Assembly (NCBI GenBank): GCA_963845755.1
Contig: CAWJTV010000003.1
Coordinates: 1 to 64,000 of the forward strand
Reading direction: 5' to 3'
DNA: 64,000 bases
From: an uncultured Planctomycetota bacterium
Lineage (GTDB): Bacteria > Planctomycetota > Planctomycetia > Isosphaerales > Isosphaeraceae
The translations under genes and the position numbers were made by a program. This document shows, piece after piece, positions 10,925-20,956 of the stretch. The notes beneath the pieces were generated by a model. That model saw only the letters and a list, made by a program, of their open reading frames with translations, was not told the origin of the DNA and did not search any database. Every line of letters begins with the position of its first letter. Within the stretch, counting starts at the first letter, position 1.

Positions 10925-13900
10925 TTATCCCGCCCCGCGGCCGGGGCGGAGCGGCCGGAGCGCGGGGTCGGCCAGGACGGCGGCGCGATCCGGCGCGGGC
11001 GTCTCATCGAGGACCTGACGAAGCAGATCGAGCGAGCGAGTGCGGTAGCTGCGGTAGAGCCGGACGGCGCGCTCGCCCTGGCGGCCGACGCCGGACGCGA
11101 CGTACTCGGCGGCCTGGGCATAGATCCGCGCCGCGTTGAGGCGGGCCTGGCGGCGGGCGCGGGGCCGGACTCGTCGGTCGCACGGGCGCTCGCCAGGCGG
11201 ACGGCGGCGTCGGCGTCGGCCACGGCTTTCTCCCAGTCGCCCAGCCGGACCCGGGCCAGCCCGCGGCCGGCGTGGGCCTCGGCCTGGTCTTCGATCTGCT
11301 TCAGCGACGCTTCAAAATCGGCCAGCGCCAGGCGGGGTGCATCGGCGAGGTGGTAGGCCCAGCCGCGATGGTTGAGCAGGCGGGCCCGGATCGTCGGCTC
11401 GGTGTCGGGCCGCAGCTCGATCGCCCGGGTGTAGTCGGCGATCGCGCCGGGGAGGTCGTCGCGGGCGACCCGGGCCAGGCCGCGGATCTCCAGGACCTCG
11501 ACCGTGGGCTCCTCGCGGGCGAGGTAGGCGTCGCACGAGCCGAGCACCTCGTCGTGACGCTTCAGGGCCAGGAGTGACGAGATCCGCAGCCGGTGGGCCC
11601 CGGCATGGTCGGGGACGCGCCGCATCGCCTCGGCGCAGGCCGCCAGGGCCGCCTCGGGCTGGCCCCCGGCGAAGAGGAGCCGGGCGCGCTCGACATGGTC
11701 GTCGGCCACCCGCGATCGGTCGGCGGGATCCAGCCGGATCGCCTCGTCGAGGTCGCGCAGGGCGGCGGTGCGCTGCTCGGGCGTCGCATCGCGCCGGCCG
11801 GAACGCAGCCGGGCGCGCGTCCGGTGCAGCTCGGCGCGCTTCGACGGGTCGGGCGCGCGCTCGATGGCCTGCGCGAAGGCCCGCGACGATTCTTCTAGAG
11901 CGTCGAACGGTTGGGTCGCGCCCACCTCGGGTTGAGGCGAAGAACCCCCCCGAACCCCCCCTTCGTAAGGGGGGGACGATGGATGCGGGCCGGCCCGTTC
12001 TTGTCCCCCCCTTACGAAGGGGGGGCCAGGGGGGGTTCTTTGGGAGAGAGCTTCGCGCATGCGCAACCCAACCGATAGGCGCGTCTCAGCCGCCCCTGTT
12101 CCTGGTAGAGCTGGCCCAGCGTGGCGTACGCTTCCCAGGGCCTTGGATTAAGCCGAATCGCCGCCTCCAGGTCGGCGAGCGAATCGGCCGCCCGGCCCGC
12201 CTGGAGGTACATCCCCCCGCGGTTCACCAGCAGGAGATAACGCACCTTGTCGTCCGGGCGGCGCTCCATCGCGGCCCGGTAGTCGGCCAGGGAAGCGTCG
12301 AAGGACCGGGCGGCCTTCTCGCGGAGCGCCGGGGCCTCGGCGGGGTGCTCGCGGATCATCCCCATGAGGTGGTTCCCCTGCTCGCCGTGGATCAGGGCGC
12401 GCAGGAGGTACAGCCCGATCAGGTCGCGATGGGCCCGCAGGCAGGTGTTGACGCTGCCCAGCGCCTCCGCCAGCCGCCGGGGCTGCACCTGGTAGTGGCA
12501 GACGGCCAGCAGGAGGTGGGCCGCCGTCAGGTTGGCGTCGAGCTGGACGGCCTCCTCCAGCGCGTCGATGGCCTCGTCCCACCGGCGCCCGATGAGCCGC
12601 TCGCGGCCGATCAGGAAGTGGTCCAGGGCCGTGACCGGAGGCCGGCGGGCGGCCAGCCCCTCCTCCCGCGCCCGGGCGTCGGCGTCGCCGAGCCGGGCCA
12701 GGAGCGCGGCGCGTGCGCAGGTGGTAGGCGGCGGTCGGATCATCGGGCGCAGCCGCGCCGCACGATCGAGGATCTTCAGCCCCGCGGCCGGCTCGACGGC
12801 CCGGGAGAGGATCAGCAGCAGGTCGTAACACCCCTCGACGACCGTCTGCTTCTCGATGTCCTTCAGGGAATCGGGCAGTTTGCCGGCCAGGGCCCAGTCC
12901 TCGTCGGTCCATCGGCCGTCTCGCGCGTAGACCGACAGCGCCTCGCGGACTGCGTCCCGGAACCGCGCGTGGCCCTCGGCCGGGTTCAGCTCGTACTCGG
13001 CGGCGCCGAGCTGGGCCTGGGCCCGCAGGCCGACGAACCGGTCGAATTGCTCCCGCTCGGTGCGCACCAGCTCCTCGTGGGCCTGGCGATCCCTCGCCTC
13101 TCTGAGCTTCGCCTCGACCTCTTCGAGGGATGCGGTCATCCGGCCCTCCAGATCCGGGATCAGCGACTTGTCTTCATGCTTGAGAGTGCCGAGGAAGTTG
13201 GAGATCTCACCATGGACCCGGGTCAGGTCCTCGGTCGTGGACGCATCGCGAACGGCGTCCCGCAGGCGGTCCCTCTGGACGAGCCTCGTCACGGCCCGCT
13301 GGCTCCGCCCGACCAGATACAGGGCGCCTCCGATCGTCGTCCCCAGGAACCCGGCGACGCCCATGGCCCACAAGGCCGCGACGGCCGGCCGGCGGCGGGC
13401 CCACTTGGTTCCCCGCTCCAGCGCCGAGGCCCGGCGCGCGAGGATCGTCTCGCCGTCGCGGAACCGCGCCAGGTCCTCGGCCAGGGCCCGCGCCGAGGCG
13501 TAACGCCGCACCGGCTCCTTGCTCAGGCACTTCAGGCAGATGGTCTCCAGGTCGCGCGCGACCTTCGGGACGAGTCGGGACGGCGGCACGGCCTCGGTCT
13601 CGACGACCTGGCGGATCGTCTCGATCGGCGTCTCCCCCTTGAAGGGCGGGCGGCCGGTGAGCAGCTCGTAGAGGATGGCCCCCATCGCGTAGATGTCCGC
13701 CGCCGGGCCGACGTCCCGGACGTGCCCCCGGGCCTGCTCGGGGGCCATGTAGCTGGGCGTCCCCAGGATGGCGCCGCTCTCGGTCTGCTTGCTGTCCGAC
13801 TCCATCCGCTTGGCCAGGCCGAAGTCGGTGACCTTGGGGATGCCGTCGCGGGTGAACAGGATGTTCGACGGCTTGAGGTCGCGGTGGACGATCCCCGCGT

Positions 13901-14639
13901 CGTGGGCGACCTGAAGGGCCTCGGCCAGTGGGATCATCAATTCGACCGCCTCGCCCCCCGGCCAGGGCGTGCCATTGAGGCGCGCATCAAGACCGCCGCC
14001 CTCGAGCAACTCGAGCGCCACATAGGGCAGGCCGCCGGCCTCGCCGATGTCGTAGATCTGGAGGATGTGGGGGTGGCGGATGCGGGCGACCACCTCGGCC
14101 TCGATCCGGAACCGGGCAAAGTGCTCGGGGCGCGCCTGGTCGCCGCCGCGGATCATCTTGATCGCGACGGCACGGTTCAGGCCGATCTGATGTGCCAGGT
14201 AGACGACGCCCATGCCGCCCTCGCCGATCTTCTCCCGGATCGCGTAGCCGGCGATCGCCGGCCAGCCGGAGCGGACCGGGGCCCGCGGACGGTCCTTCTG
14301 CGTGTCCGGGCCGAGGTTCGCCGTCGCGTCCGACCCCGCTGTGGCCTCATCGGGCGCGATCGTCTCGCCCAAATAGGCCGTCGGGGGCGGCCCATCGGTG
14401 CGGCCGTTCGACTCGCCCGCCTCTTGCGTGTCCCGATCCTCCCAGGCCCGGCGGGCCGTCAGCCTCTCGAGCTGGTCCTGGCAGGCCGGGCAGTCCTCGA
14501 CGTGGGCCTCGATCTCGGACTCGCGGACCGGCCCGAGGCGATCCTCGATGAGTCGACGGAGTTCTTCGAGGGCCGGACAGGGCTCGATGATCATCGGCGC
14601 AGTCCCCGTTCGGGCGTCATCGCCGATGCTGGAATCCAT
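10925..14639 (-). CDS. Ser/Thr protein kinase with N-terminal zinc-finger (anti-sigma-like HxxxCxxC), transmembrane segment and TPR repeats; interrupted by a repeat element and frameshifts
   Basis: HVEDCPAC, IGEGGMGVVY, VAIKM, HRDLKPSN, DFGLAK, GTPSYMAPE; TPRs continue in ORF 10783..12066 and a final frame ending TAA at 10925. Confidence 0.88.
11896..12088. mobile_element. MITE-like element with REP doublet, inserted within the kinase gene
   Basis: Ends tagagcgtcgaacggttgggtcgcgc / gcgcaacccaaccgataggcgcgtctca; internal inverted pair of cccccttcgtaaggggggg hairpins; flanks rejoin as QGRL-EESSRAF. Confidence 0.8.
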
Positions 14640-14689
14640 TCACGATGTTTTACAATACGGACAAGCCCCCCGGAATATTACATCGAGAT

Positions 14690-14972
14690 TTTTCATGGGT
14701 CGGAATTCGTCCGATGAGCCGGGACGCGACAATCCGCTGGATCGGCGAGGCGACCTCGTAGCCGTCCATCCGCGGGAGCTTGATGTCGAGGATGATGTGT
14801 TCGGAGAAGCCGTGCCTGGCGAGACGATGTCCTCCGGGCCGCGTCGTGGACGATCGCCGCGTCGTGGCCGAGGAGCCGGATCAGCCTGGTCATGCCGCGG
14901 GCCGTGTCCGCGTTGTCGTCCACGATTGAGGATGCGGCCCGGGCCGACCCGGCCACCAGGTGGATCCTGCAC
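14690..14972 (-). pseudogene. Degenerate response-regulator receiver domain
   Basis: GRIL/IVDDNADTARGMTRLIRLLGHD and IILDIKLPRMDGYEVA in different frames; remainder missing. Confidence 0.6.
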
Positions 14973-15137
14973 GTGCCTTCAGGTGCCCCATCGGCGGCGG
15001 CGTTGCCGAGGGTGGGAACGAAGCCGCCACTACTACCGGCGCAGACATGACCACCGGCAGAGTCGCGTTCAACTCCTAAACGATGTGCTGCGCAGAGTAT
15101 TGCGCGCCTCGGTCCGACCACATGAATGGCACTCGCT

Positions 15138-15251
15138 TAAGAAACCGTCCGAGAAGAGGATCCGGGGTTTGTCGGGTGGGTGAAACCCACCAGAATCGGG
15201 ACACTTCCTGATGGGTTTCACCCACCCTACAAGATTCTCGGATCGTTTCTA
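15138..15251. repeat. MITE-like shell containing a GTAG-type REP doublet
   Basis: agaaaccgtccgagaa / ttctcggatcgtttct (14/16 inverted) around gtcgggtgggtgaaacccacc..tgggtttcacccaccctac. Confidence 0.75.
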
Positions 15252-15369
15252 AGTAAGCTCAGAATCCTCGTGGCGCCGTCGGAGTCTCTCGAGCTTCTCG
15301 GCAAACCGATCGGGACTGTCATCCACCGGCTCCTCGGATGCCGTGAAACCTTCGATTCCATGGTACTTT

Positions 15370-16416
15370 TCAGGCTTTGCGACCGATGATCCGATCCAGC
15401 GCATCGGATGCCTGAACGATCAGCGCCTCGGGGTAATGTGAAAACGGGTGAAAGTATTCGAACGTGAGATAACCCTCGTAGCCGACTCCCTCCAGTGCCT
15501 CCATCACGGCCGGCCAGTTCGTGGTCCCGTCCAGGAGCGTCCGGAACGAGTCGAGGCTGTGATCGGACCCCTTCTTCGAGAACTCCTTGAAGTGGACGTT
15601 CTTGATCCGTCGGCCCAGGATCGGGATCCAGTGCTCGGGGAACTGGAAGAGCATGACGTTGCCGGTGTCGAAATGGACCTGGACGTGTTTGCTGCGAAAG
15701 CTGTCGATGAAGGCGTTCATCTCGGCGGGCGTGGTGAGATAGCCATTGAACCAGATGGTCTCGACGTTGAGCGAGACGCCCCGTTTCTCGGCGAGGGGGA
15801 GCAGTTGGCCGATGGCCTCGCGGGCGCGGCGGTCGCAGACGTCGATCGGCACCGGCTCGCGGTCGGGGAGCCAGGGAATATAGGTCGAGCCGGCGATGGT
15901 CAGGAGGTTGTCGGTGCCCAGCTCGTGGGCGGCGTCGATCATCAGCCGGGCCAGCTCCAGGCCCCGCGTCCGGCGGGTCGGGTCGTTGTCGGTCAGCGAG
16001 TAAGGCCAGTACAGGAACGAGCACAGGCCGCTGATCGCGATGCCAATCTCCTCGGCCGTCTTACGGATCGCCCGATACTGGTCGGGTGATGCCTTGGGTG
16101 AGAGGTCGTTGTCGAGGTCGTAGTTCAGCTCGATGCCGTCGAACCCCGCATTCTTGGCGAGCTGGAGGCAGTCGCGCAGGCTCATCCGCTGCGGGTAGGG
16201 GAACGCCCAGAGATTGATCGATTTCTTCATCCGATAGGTTCTGGGAGAGGCCCGCCGGGGGTCGGGCGCGGCCTGCGAAGGGGGCTGAGCCCCGGCCGAG
16301 GCTTCGCCGGGACCGACCGCCACGGCGCCGGCCGCGGCCAGGGTCGATTGCAGTGCCGTGCGGCGATTGATCTTCGACGGAACGGAGCCTTCGCCGTCGT
16401 GGGCGCCGGGGGTCAT
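15370..16416 (-). CDS. Sugar phosphate isomerase/epimerase (AP endonuclease 2 TIM barrel) with Tat-like signal
   Basis: INRRTALQ signal; AGFDGIEL, LNVET, HFDTGN, VHFKE, GYLTFE. Confidence 0.85.
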   Translation of the reverse strand: MTPGAHDGEGSVPSKINRRTALQSTLAAAGAVAVGPGEASAGAQPPSQAAPDPRRASPRTYRMKKSINLWAFPYPQRMSLRDCLQLAKNAGFDGIELNYDLDNDLSPKASPDQYRAIRKTAEEIGIAISGLCSFLYWPYSLTDNDPTRRTRGLELARLMIDAAHELGTDNLLTIAGSTYIPWLPDREPVPIDVCDRRAREAIGQLLPLAEKRGVSLNVETIWFNGYLTTPAEMNAFIDSFRSKHVQVHFDTGNVMLFQFPEHWIPILGRRIKNVHFKEFSKKGSDHSLDSFRTLLDGTTNWPAVMEALEGVGYEGYLTFEYFHPFSHYPEALIVQASDALDRIIGRKA

Positions 16417-16541
16417 CGGGGAGCCTCCTGACCAGTATCGGGAAATTCGTCGCGGTTCGTGCCAGCGATCGTTTTACCCGAGACGGGCCGCGGGTCGAAA
16501 GCTTGCTCCCTTTTTTCTCGATGGGGCGACGGGCAGAACGT

Positions 16542-18515
16542 TCAGGGATCGTCGTGGACCGGCGCGGCGCGCGCGTGACTCCCGACCCGGAGAGGATGGT
16601 CCGGCGTTCGGGTTCTCTCGATGATCCGGCTGAGGATCCGGCGGCATTGCGCGAGGACCGGCGCGGCACTCGCTGACCCGCTCAGGTTTCGCGACTCGGA
16701 CGGGTCAACGTCGAGATCGTACAACTCCTCCGGGGCGGCCTGATGACGGATATACACGGTACTCCCGGCGAGGATCGCCTGACTTGGACCCGGAGACGGA
16801 GCGTCTCCGGCCGCCTTCTCGATCGGAGCGTCCAGCTCCGAGAGCGGAGCGTCGTCCGATTGCGGTTCCTCGGCCGGCGACCCGTTCCAGGTCCGGGTGA
16901 GCGACCTGCCGGGAAAGGGTGACTCGTCCTTCCCACCGATCAGGTCGACCACGGTGGCGGGTATGTCGCGAAGGCTGACGGCCTCGCGGACGACCCGCCC
17001 GTCCGGTACCCGACCGGGAAAGCTGACGAGGAGCGGCACATGGACCTCGGGCTGATAGAGGCTCATGCCGTGGCCGTAGTCGCCGTGTTCGCCGAATTGC
17101 TCTCCATGGTCGGCGGTGAGGATCAGCAACGTCTGATCCAGGATGTTCCGGCGCTGGAGCTCGTCCATCAGGGCCCCCAGGTCCCGGTCGAGCGCGGCGA
17201 TGCAATCGTCGTAGCTATCCTGTGCCAGCGATAACGACGCCGGGTCGAGTGATTTCTTGTTCATTTTTTGCCAATCGCGGAGCATCTGGAATTCGCGACG
17301 CGACTTCGGTACGGATCCCCAGGGACGGGCGGGTTGCTGGGACGGGAGGTACGGGTCGTGCGCGTCGAAGTAATTCAAGAAGGCGAAGAAGGGTTTCCGG
17401 CCCGTGCCCCCGAGCCAATCCAGGAGCTCGCGATTGACCATCGCCGCGGTCTTGCGCGGGAAGTCGAGGCTGATGCTGGTGGGGCCCCGGGTCGTGAGCA
17501 ACCAGAGGAGCTCGTCACGGATGCGACTCCCCGTCCGCGCCAGGAACCAGCCGAGGCTCGAAGCGCGCACGACTTCACCCGGGTTGATCGGGTAATCCCG
17601 GTAGGTCTGGAAGCCGCGCGACAGGCCGGATTCATGGCCGCAGAAGAACTGGTTGGCCACGAAGCCCGCAGTCGTATATCCGCGGCTTCCCAGGAACTCG
17701 GCCAGGGTGGTGTAAGTGGCATCGAGCCAGCCGAGCCGCTCCACCCCGAGCTCGTGAGGCCAGCGACCGGTGAACAGGCTGGAGTGGGAGGGGAGCGTCC
17801 AGGGAGCCGCCGACCGCGCTCGGTCGAAACGGACTCCCCGATTCGCCAGCCGAGCGAGATGGGGCGTGGTGTCGCGTCCGTACCCATACAGACTGAGATG
17901 ATCGGCGCGAACGGTGTCCAGGACGATCAACAGGATGTTCGGAGTCTGGCCGACAACGGCGGGGAGCGGATTTGGCGGGGGGCGCCGAAGATACGCCTCG
18001 CGCACGATCGACAGGATCACTAACAGGCCCAGCATGACCAACAACACTGCATACCCGCGACGGATCAGCCATCCAAGCCCCGTCAGTCGAGGCGTCATCC
18101 ACAAGGCCGCCCGGTAGGCGATCCCGGCGGACAACAATGCGCACGTCACGGAATGCAGTCCGCGGACCAGCAGGAGCTGGCTGGCACAGGACAGGAACAA
18201 GAGACTGCCCAGCACCCACCGCGTCGGCAGCCGCCATCCCAGCCACGAGGCCAGGGCCAGCAGGAGACCCCAGCTCCCGAAGATCGCCAGGTCGGAGACG
18301 GGCACCATCCAGAGGAAGTGCGTGCTCCTCAGGAAAAAGCCCTTTTCGTACACCTGGACCCGGACAACCAGCAAAGCGAGCTCAAGCAGGCCGGCGGCGA
18401 GTCCGAACCATCCCGCCATAAGTAGGATGGAGAGCGGTTCGCTCCACGCCGTCGTTCTTCGTGACTCGGCTTCCGGGTCAATGGTTGCGGTAGCGACACC
18501 TGACGGATGAACCAT
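16542..18515 (-). CDS. Membrane-anchored sulfatase-like hydrolase/transferase
   Basis: N-terminal hydrophobic helices; PNILLIVLDTVRADH, WTLPSHSSLFTG, DAHDPY, TADHGE, HVPL. Confidence 0.85.
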   Translation of the reverse strand: MVHPSGVATATIDPEAESRRTTAWSEPLSILLMAGWFGLAAGLLELALLVVRVQVYEKGFFLRSTHFLWMVPVSDLAIFGSWGLLLALASWLGWRLPTRWVLGSLLFLSCASQLLLVRGLHSVTCALLSAGIAYRAALWMTPRLTGLGWLIRRGYAVLLVMLGLLVILSIVREAYLRRPPPNPLPAVVGQTPNILLIVLDTVRADHLSLYGYGRDTTPHLARLANRGVRFDRARSAAPWTLPSHSSLFTGRWPHELGVERLGWLDATYTTLAEFLGSRGYTTAGFVANQFFCGHESGLSRGFQTYRDYPINPGEVVRASSLGWFLARTGSRIRDELLWLLTTRGPTSISLDFPRKTAAMVNRELLDWLGGTGRKPFFAFLNYFDAHDPYLPSQQPARPWGSVPKSRREFQMLRDWQKMNKKSLDPASLSLAQDSYDDCIAALDRDLGALMDELQRRNILDQTLLILTADHGEQFGEHGDYGHGMSLYQPEVHVPLLVSFPGRVPDGRVVREAVSLRDIPATVVDLIGGKDESPFPGRSLTRTWNGSPAEEPQSDDAPLSELDAPIEKAAGDAPSPGPSQAILAGSTVYIRHQAAPEELYDLDVDPSESRNLSGSASAAPVLAQCRRILSRIIERTRTPDHPLRVGSHARAAPVHDDP

Positions 18516-18665
18516 CGGTCGGTTGTTCCCTCTGGATCGATCCTCGCAACCGGGAATAAGGCGCGGAGACCTGCCCTCACGGGCAAAAGCCAGAGATTCG
18601 ACTCAAGGGAACGGGCGCGGGTACCCGTCGGTCATGGGGTCGCTTTCCGCGTGGCGAGCCGCGAT

Positions 18666-18833
18666 TCAGGAAGCCCCTTTCCTCCAGGATACCTTGGCAA
18701 ACCATCGCTTGACCAACCGGATCGGTGCACCGCCGACGAGCAGGACCACGCCGGAAATGGCCCCGATGGCCGAGATGAGCGGCAATTGCACTTCCGGCCC
18801 GAAGTAAGCTAAGAGGAAGGCACCCGATTGCAT
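18666..18833 (-). CDS. Small membrane protein
   Basis: MQSGAFLLAYFGPEVQLPLISAIGAISGVVLLVGG..KRWF: single hydrophobic segment and basic tail, co-oriented upstream of the sulfatase-like gene. Confidence 0.55.
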   Translation of the reverse strand: MQSGAFLLAYFGPEVQLPLISAIGAISGVVLLVGGAPIRLVKRWFAKVSWRKGAS

Positions 18834-19052
18834 GTCGTGATTTCCCGTTTCGACGATATTGAACAAGGTCAACGTCGATCGCCGGGGCACTCGGCCCGGC
18901 GGTTGCCCTCAGAGCACGAGGTTGTGGACCAACAAGAACCTACCGGCTTCCCCATCCCACAGATCGCGAGATAACAGGGGAGGCACATCCCATGCGATGC
19001 AGATCCTCGGCGGTCGAGGCGATGAACCGGCTCCAAAGCCGACCCAGTTAGA

Positions 19053-19196
19053 GTCTTCCTCCATAGGATCCCTGCGCCGTGCGTGCATCTGGGGATTGCG
19101 AATTCCGGATTCGCGATTCCGGATTCCCGGATCATTCCCCTTCGGGAATCCGGAATCGCGAATCCCGATGGGGTTGCGGCCGAAGGCCGCGTTAGG
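19053..19196. repeat. Dispersed repeat with inverted heptamer arrays, copy 1
   Basis: gtcttcctcc.taggatccctgcgcc..(gattcc/gattcg heptamers)..gaatcccgatggggttgcggccgaaggccgcgt; second copy at 62373. Confidence 0.85.
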
Positions 19197-19756
19197 GATG
19201 CACACAATCCTCATGCTTGGTTGTGGTAAATCCTACGCGATCGACTCGGTCGGAGTGAACTCAGGTAAGCCGAAGAACGCTGTCCTCTGCTGATTCTCAC
19301 ATTATGTCAGTGAGCGTCAATTGTGACTCGGTTGTCCCACAGAGTTCGCTCCATTCTCTATCAAGATGGTCGAGATTGCACGACTTTCGCGCCGACTTTG
19401 CCCCGGCTATCCCTCCGAGTTGACCCGCGAGTTATTCGCTTTGTTTTTCTGGCGCAAGCATTTGCGGAGAGACTGAGTACTTCGTCCTCGAGCAAGAGTC
19501 CGGTGTCAGCCAGACGACGCGTCGCAAGAATTGCAGCCGCCTTTTCGTGTTACAAATTGTAAAGAGGATGATTCCTGGATCAAGGTACGGGATAGACTCG
19601 GAGCCATCCGCTCATTGTGAAGCACGGTGAAGGTGGTAGATTGGTCGGGGCCGAGATTGGGCCTCGCTTCCGGCCGTCTCGGGAATGGATGTCGGCGTCA
19701 TCGTGCGATCGCGCCGGGACTTCATCGGGCTTGATCGATTCCCAGGAGTGCACCTC

Positions 19757-20725
19757 ATGACTCGTACGCTCTGGTTGCTGATCTTCGTGGCCGGCTTGAT
19801 GCCGGCGGTCTCTCGTGGCGACGAGCCGGCGGCTTACGATCGCAAGGAAGACGTGATTTATGCCCGCAAGTTCGGCAGCGCGCTGACGCTGGATGTCTTC
19901 TCGCCCAAGGCCAACGCCAACGGCGCGGCGGTCATCTGGGTCGTCAGCGGCGGCTGGTTCTCGGCGCACGATTCGATCAACATGGTCTTGCTTGACGATC
20001 TGGTCAAGCGGGGCTACACGGTCTTCGCGGTCGTGCATGGCAGTCAGCCCAAGTACACGATCCCGGAGGTCCTCCAGGACATGCATCGCGCCGTGCGGTT
20101 CATCCGCCATCATGCGAAGGACTATCACATCGACCCGGACCGGATCGGGATCACCGGCGGCTCGGCCGGCGGCCACCTGTCGCTGATGCAAGGGACCGCG
20201 GGGGATCTGGGGAACAAGGATGCCAAGGACCCGATCGACCGGGAATCCAGCCGGGTCCAGGCGGTCGCCTGCTTCTTCCCGCCGACCGACTTCCTAAACT
20301 ACGGCAAGCCGGGCGAGATTGCCCTGGGCTGCGGCATCCTCAAGGACTACAAGGCGCCGTTCGACTTCCACGAGTGGGACCCCGCCCGCAAGGCGTTCAT
20401 GCCGATCACCGATGTGGGCAAGATCACCGCAATCGGGCGGCAAATCAGCCCGGCTTACCAGGTCTCGCCCGACGATCCGCCCACCCTGATCATCCACGGC
20501 GACAAGGATTTCCTGGTCCCGATCCAGCAGGCTGAGTTGTTCCTCGACAAGCTCAAGGCGACGGGCGTCGAGACGAAGCTGGTGGTCAAGCAAGGAGCAG
20601 GTCATGGTTGGAAGGATTTGCACAAGGACATGGCGACCATCGCCGACTGGTTCGATGCGCACCTGAAGGCGAAGAAGGAAGCGGCAAGCGTTGACCAAAG
20701 AGCGGTGCCATCATCAGATCGGTAG
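19757..20725 (+). CDS. Secreted alpha/beta hydrolase (esterase/lipase)
   Basis: Signal peptide; SGGW oxyanion region, GGSAGGHL nucleophile motif, IIHGDKD, GAGHGW; AGGAG upstream. Confidence 0.88.
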   Translation: MTRTLWLLIFVAGLMPAVSRGDEPAAYDRKEDVIYARKFGSALTLDVFSPKANANGAAVIWVVSGGWFSAHDSINMVLLDDLVKRGYTVFAVVHGSQPKYTIPEVLQDMHRAVRFIRHHAKDYHIDPDRIGITGGSAGGHLSLMQGTAGDLGNKDAKDPIDRESSRVQAVACFFPPTDFLNYGKPGEIALGCGILKDYKAPFDFHEWDPARKAFMPITDVGKITAIGRQISPAYQVSPDDPPTLIIHGDKDFLVPIQQAELFLDKLKATGVETKLVVKQGAGHGWKDLHKDMATIADWFDAHLKAKKEAASVDQRAVPSSDR

Positions 20726-20767
20726 CCTCGCGGATCCCTCCCACCGGAGTGCTTCCTGGTATAATCC

Positions 20768-20929
20768 ATGGGATCTCGGCGGCCTCCTGGCGTACCGCTC
20801 AACCGAGTCCCCGACCGTGTGATGACGGACGGTTCGTGGATCGTCACGATCCGAATCAACGCGATCACCATGGGAACGATCATCCGGGACGCTGGACTCA
20901 CGGTGCCGGGGTTTCGCAAGCTGCTGTAA
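20768..20929 (+). pseudogene. HicA-family toxin remnant
   Basis: VMTDGSWIVTIRINAITMGTIIRDAGLTVPGFRKLL resembles a HicA C-terminal half, with internal deletions; no antitoxin nearby. Confidence 0.6.
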
Positions 20930-20956
20930 CATCCTGGCGATCGATGTCGCGATGAC

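Noticed and set aside
8500..12040. C/G-run repeats as a CRISPR array
   Set aside because: Repeats are inverted pairs with irregular spacing, there is no regular repeat-spacer series, and no cas genes are present
11574..14717. 1047-aa plus-strand ORF and similar long ORFs (5548..7359, 21119..22840, 28438..30084, 42168..44336)
   Set aside because: Antisense shadows of recognisable genes, expected in high-GC DNA
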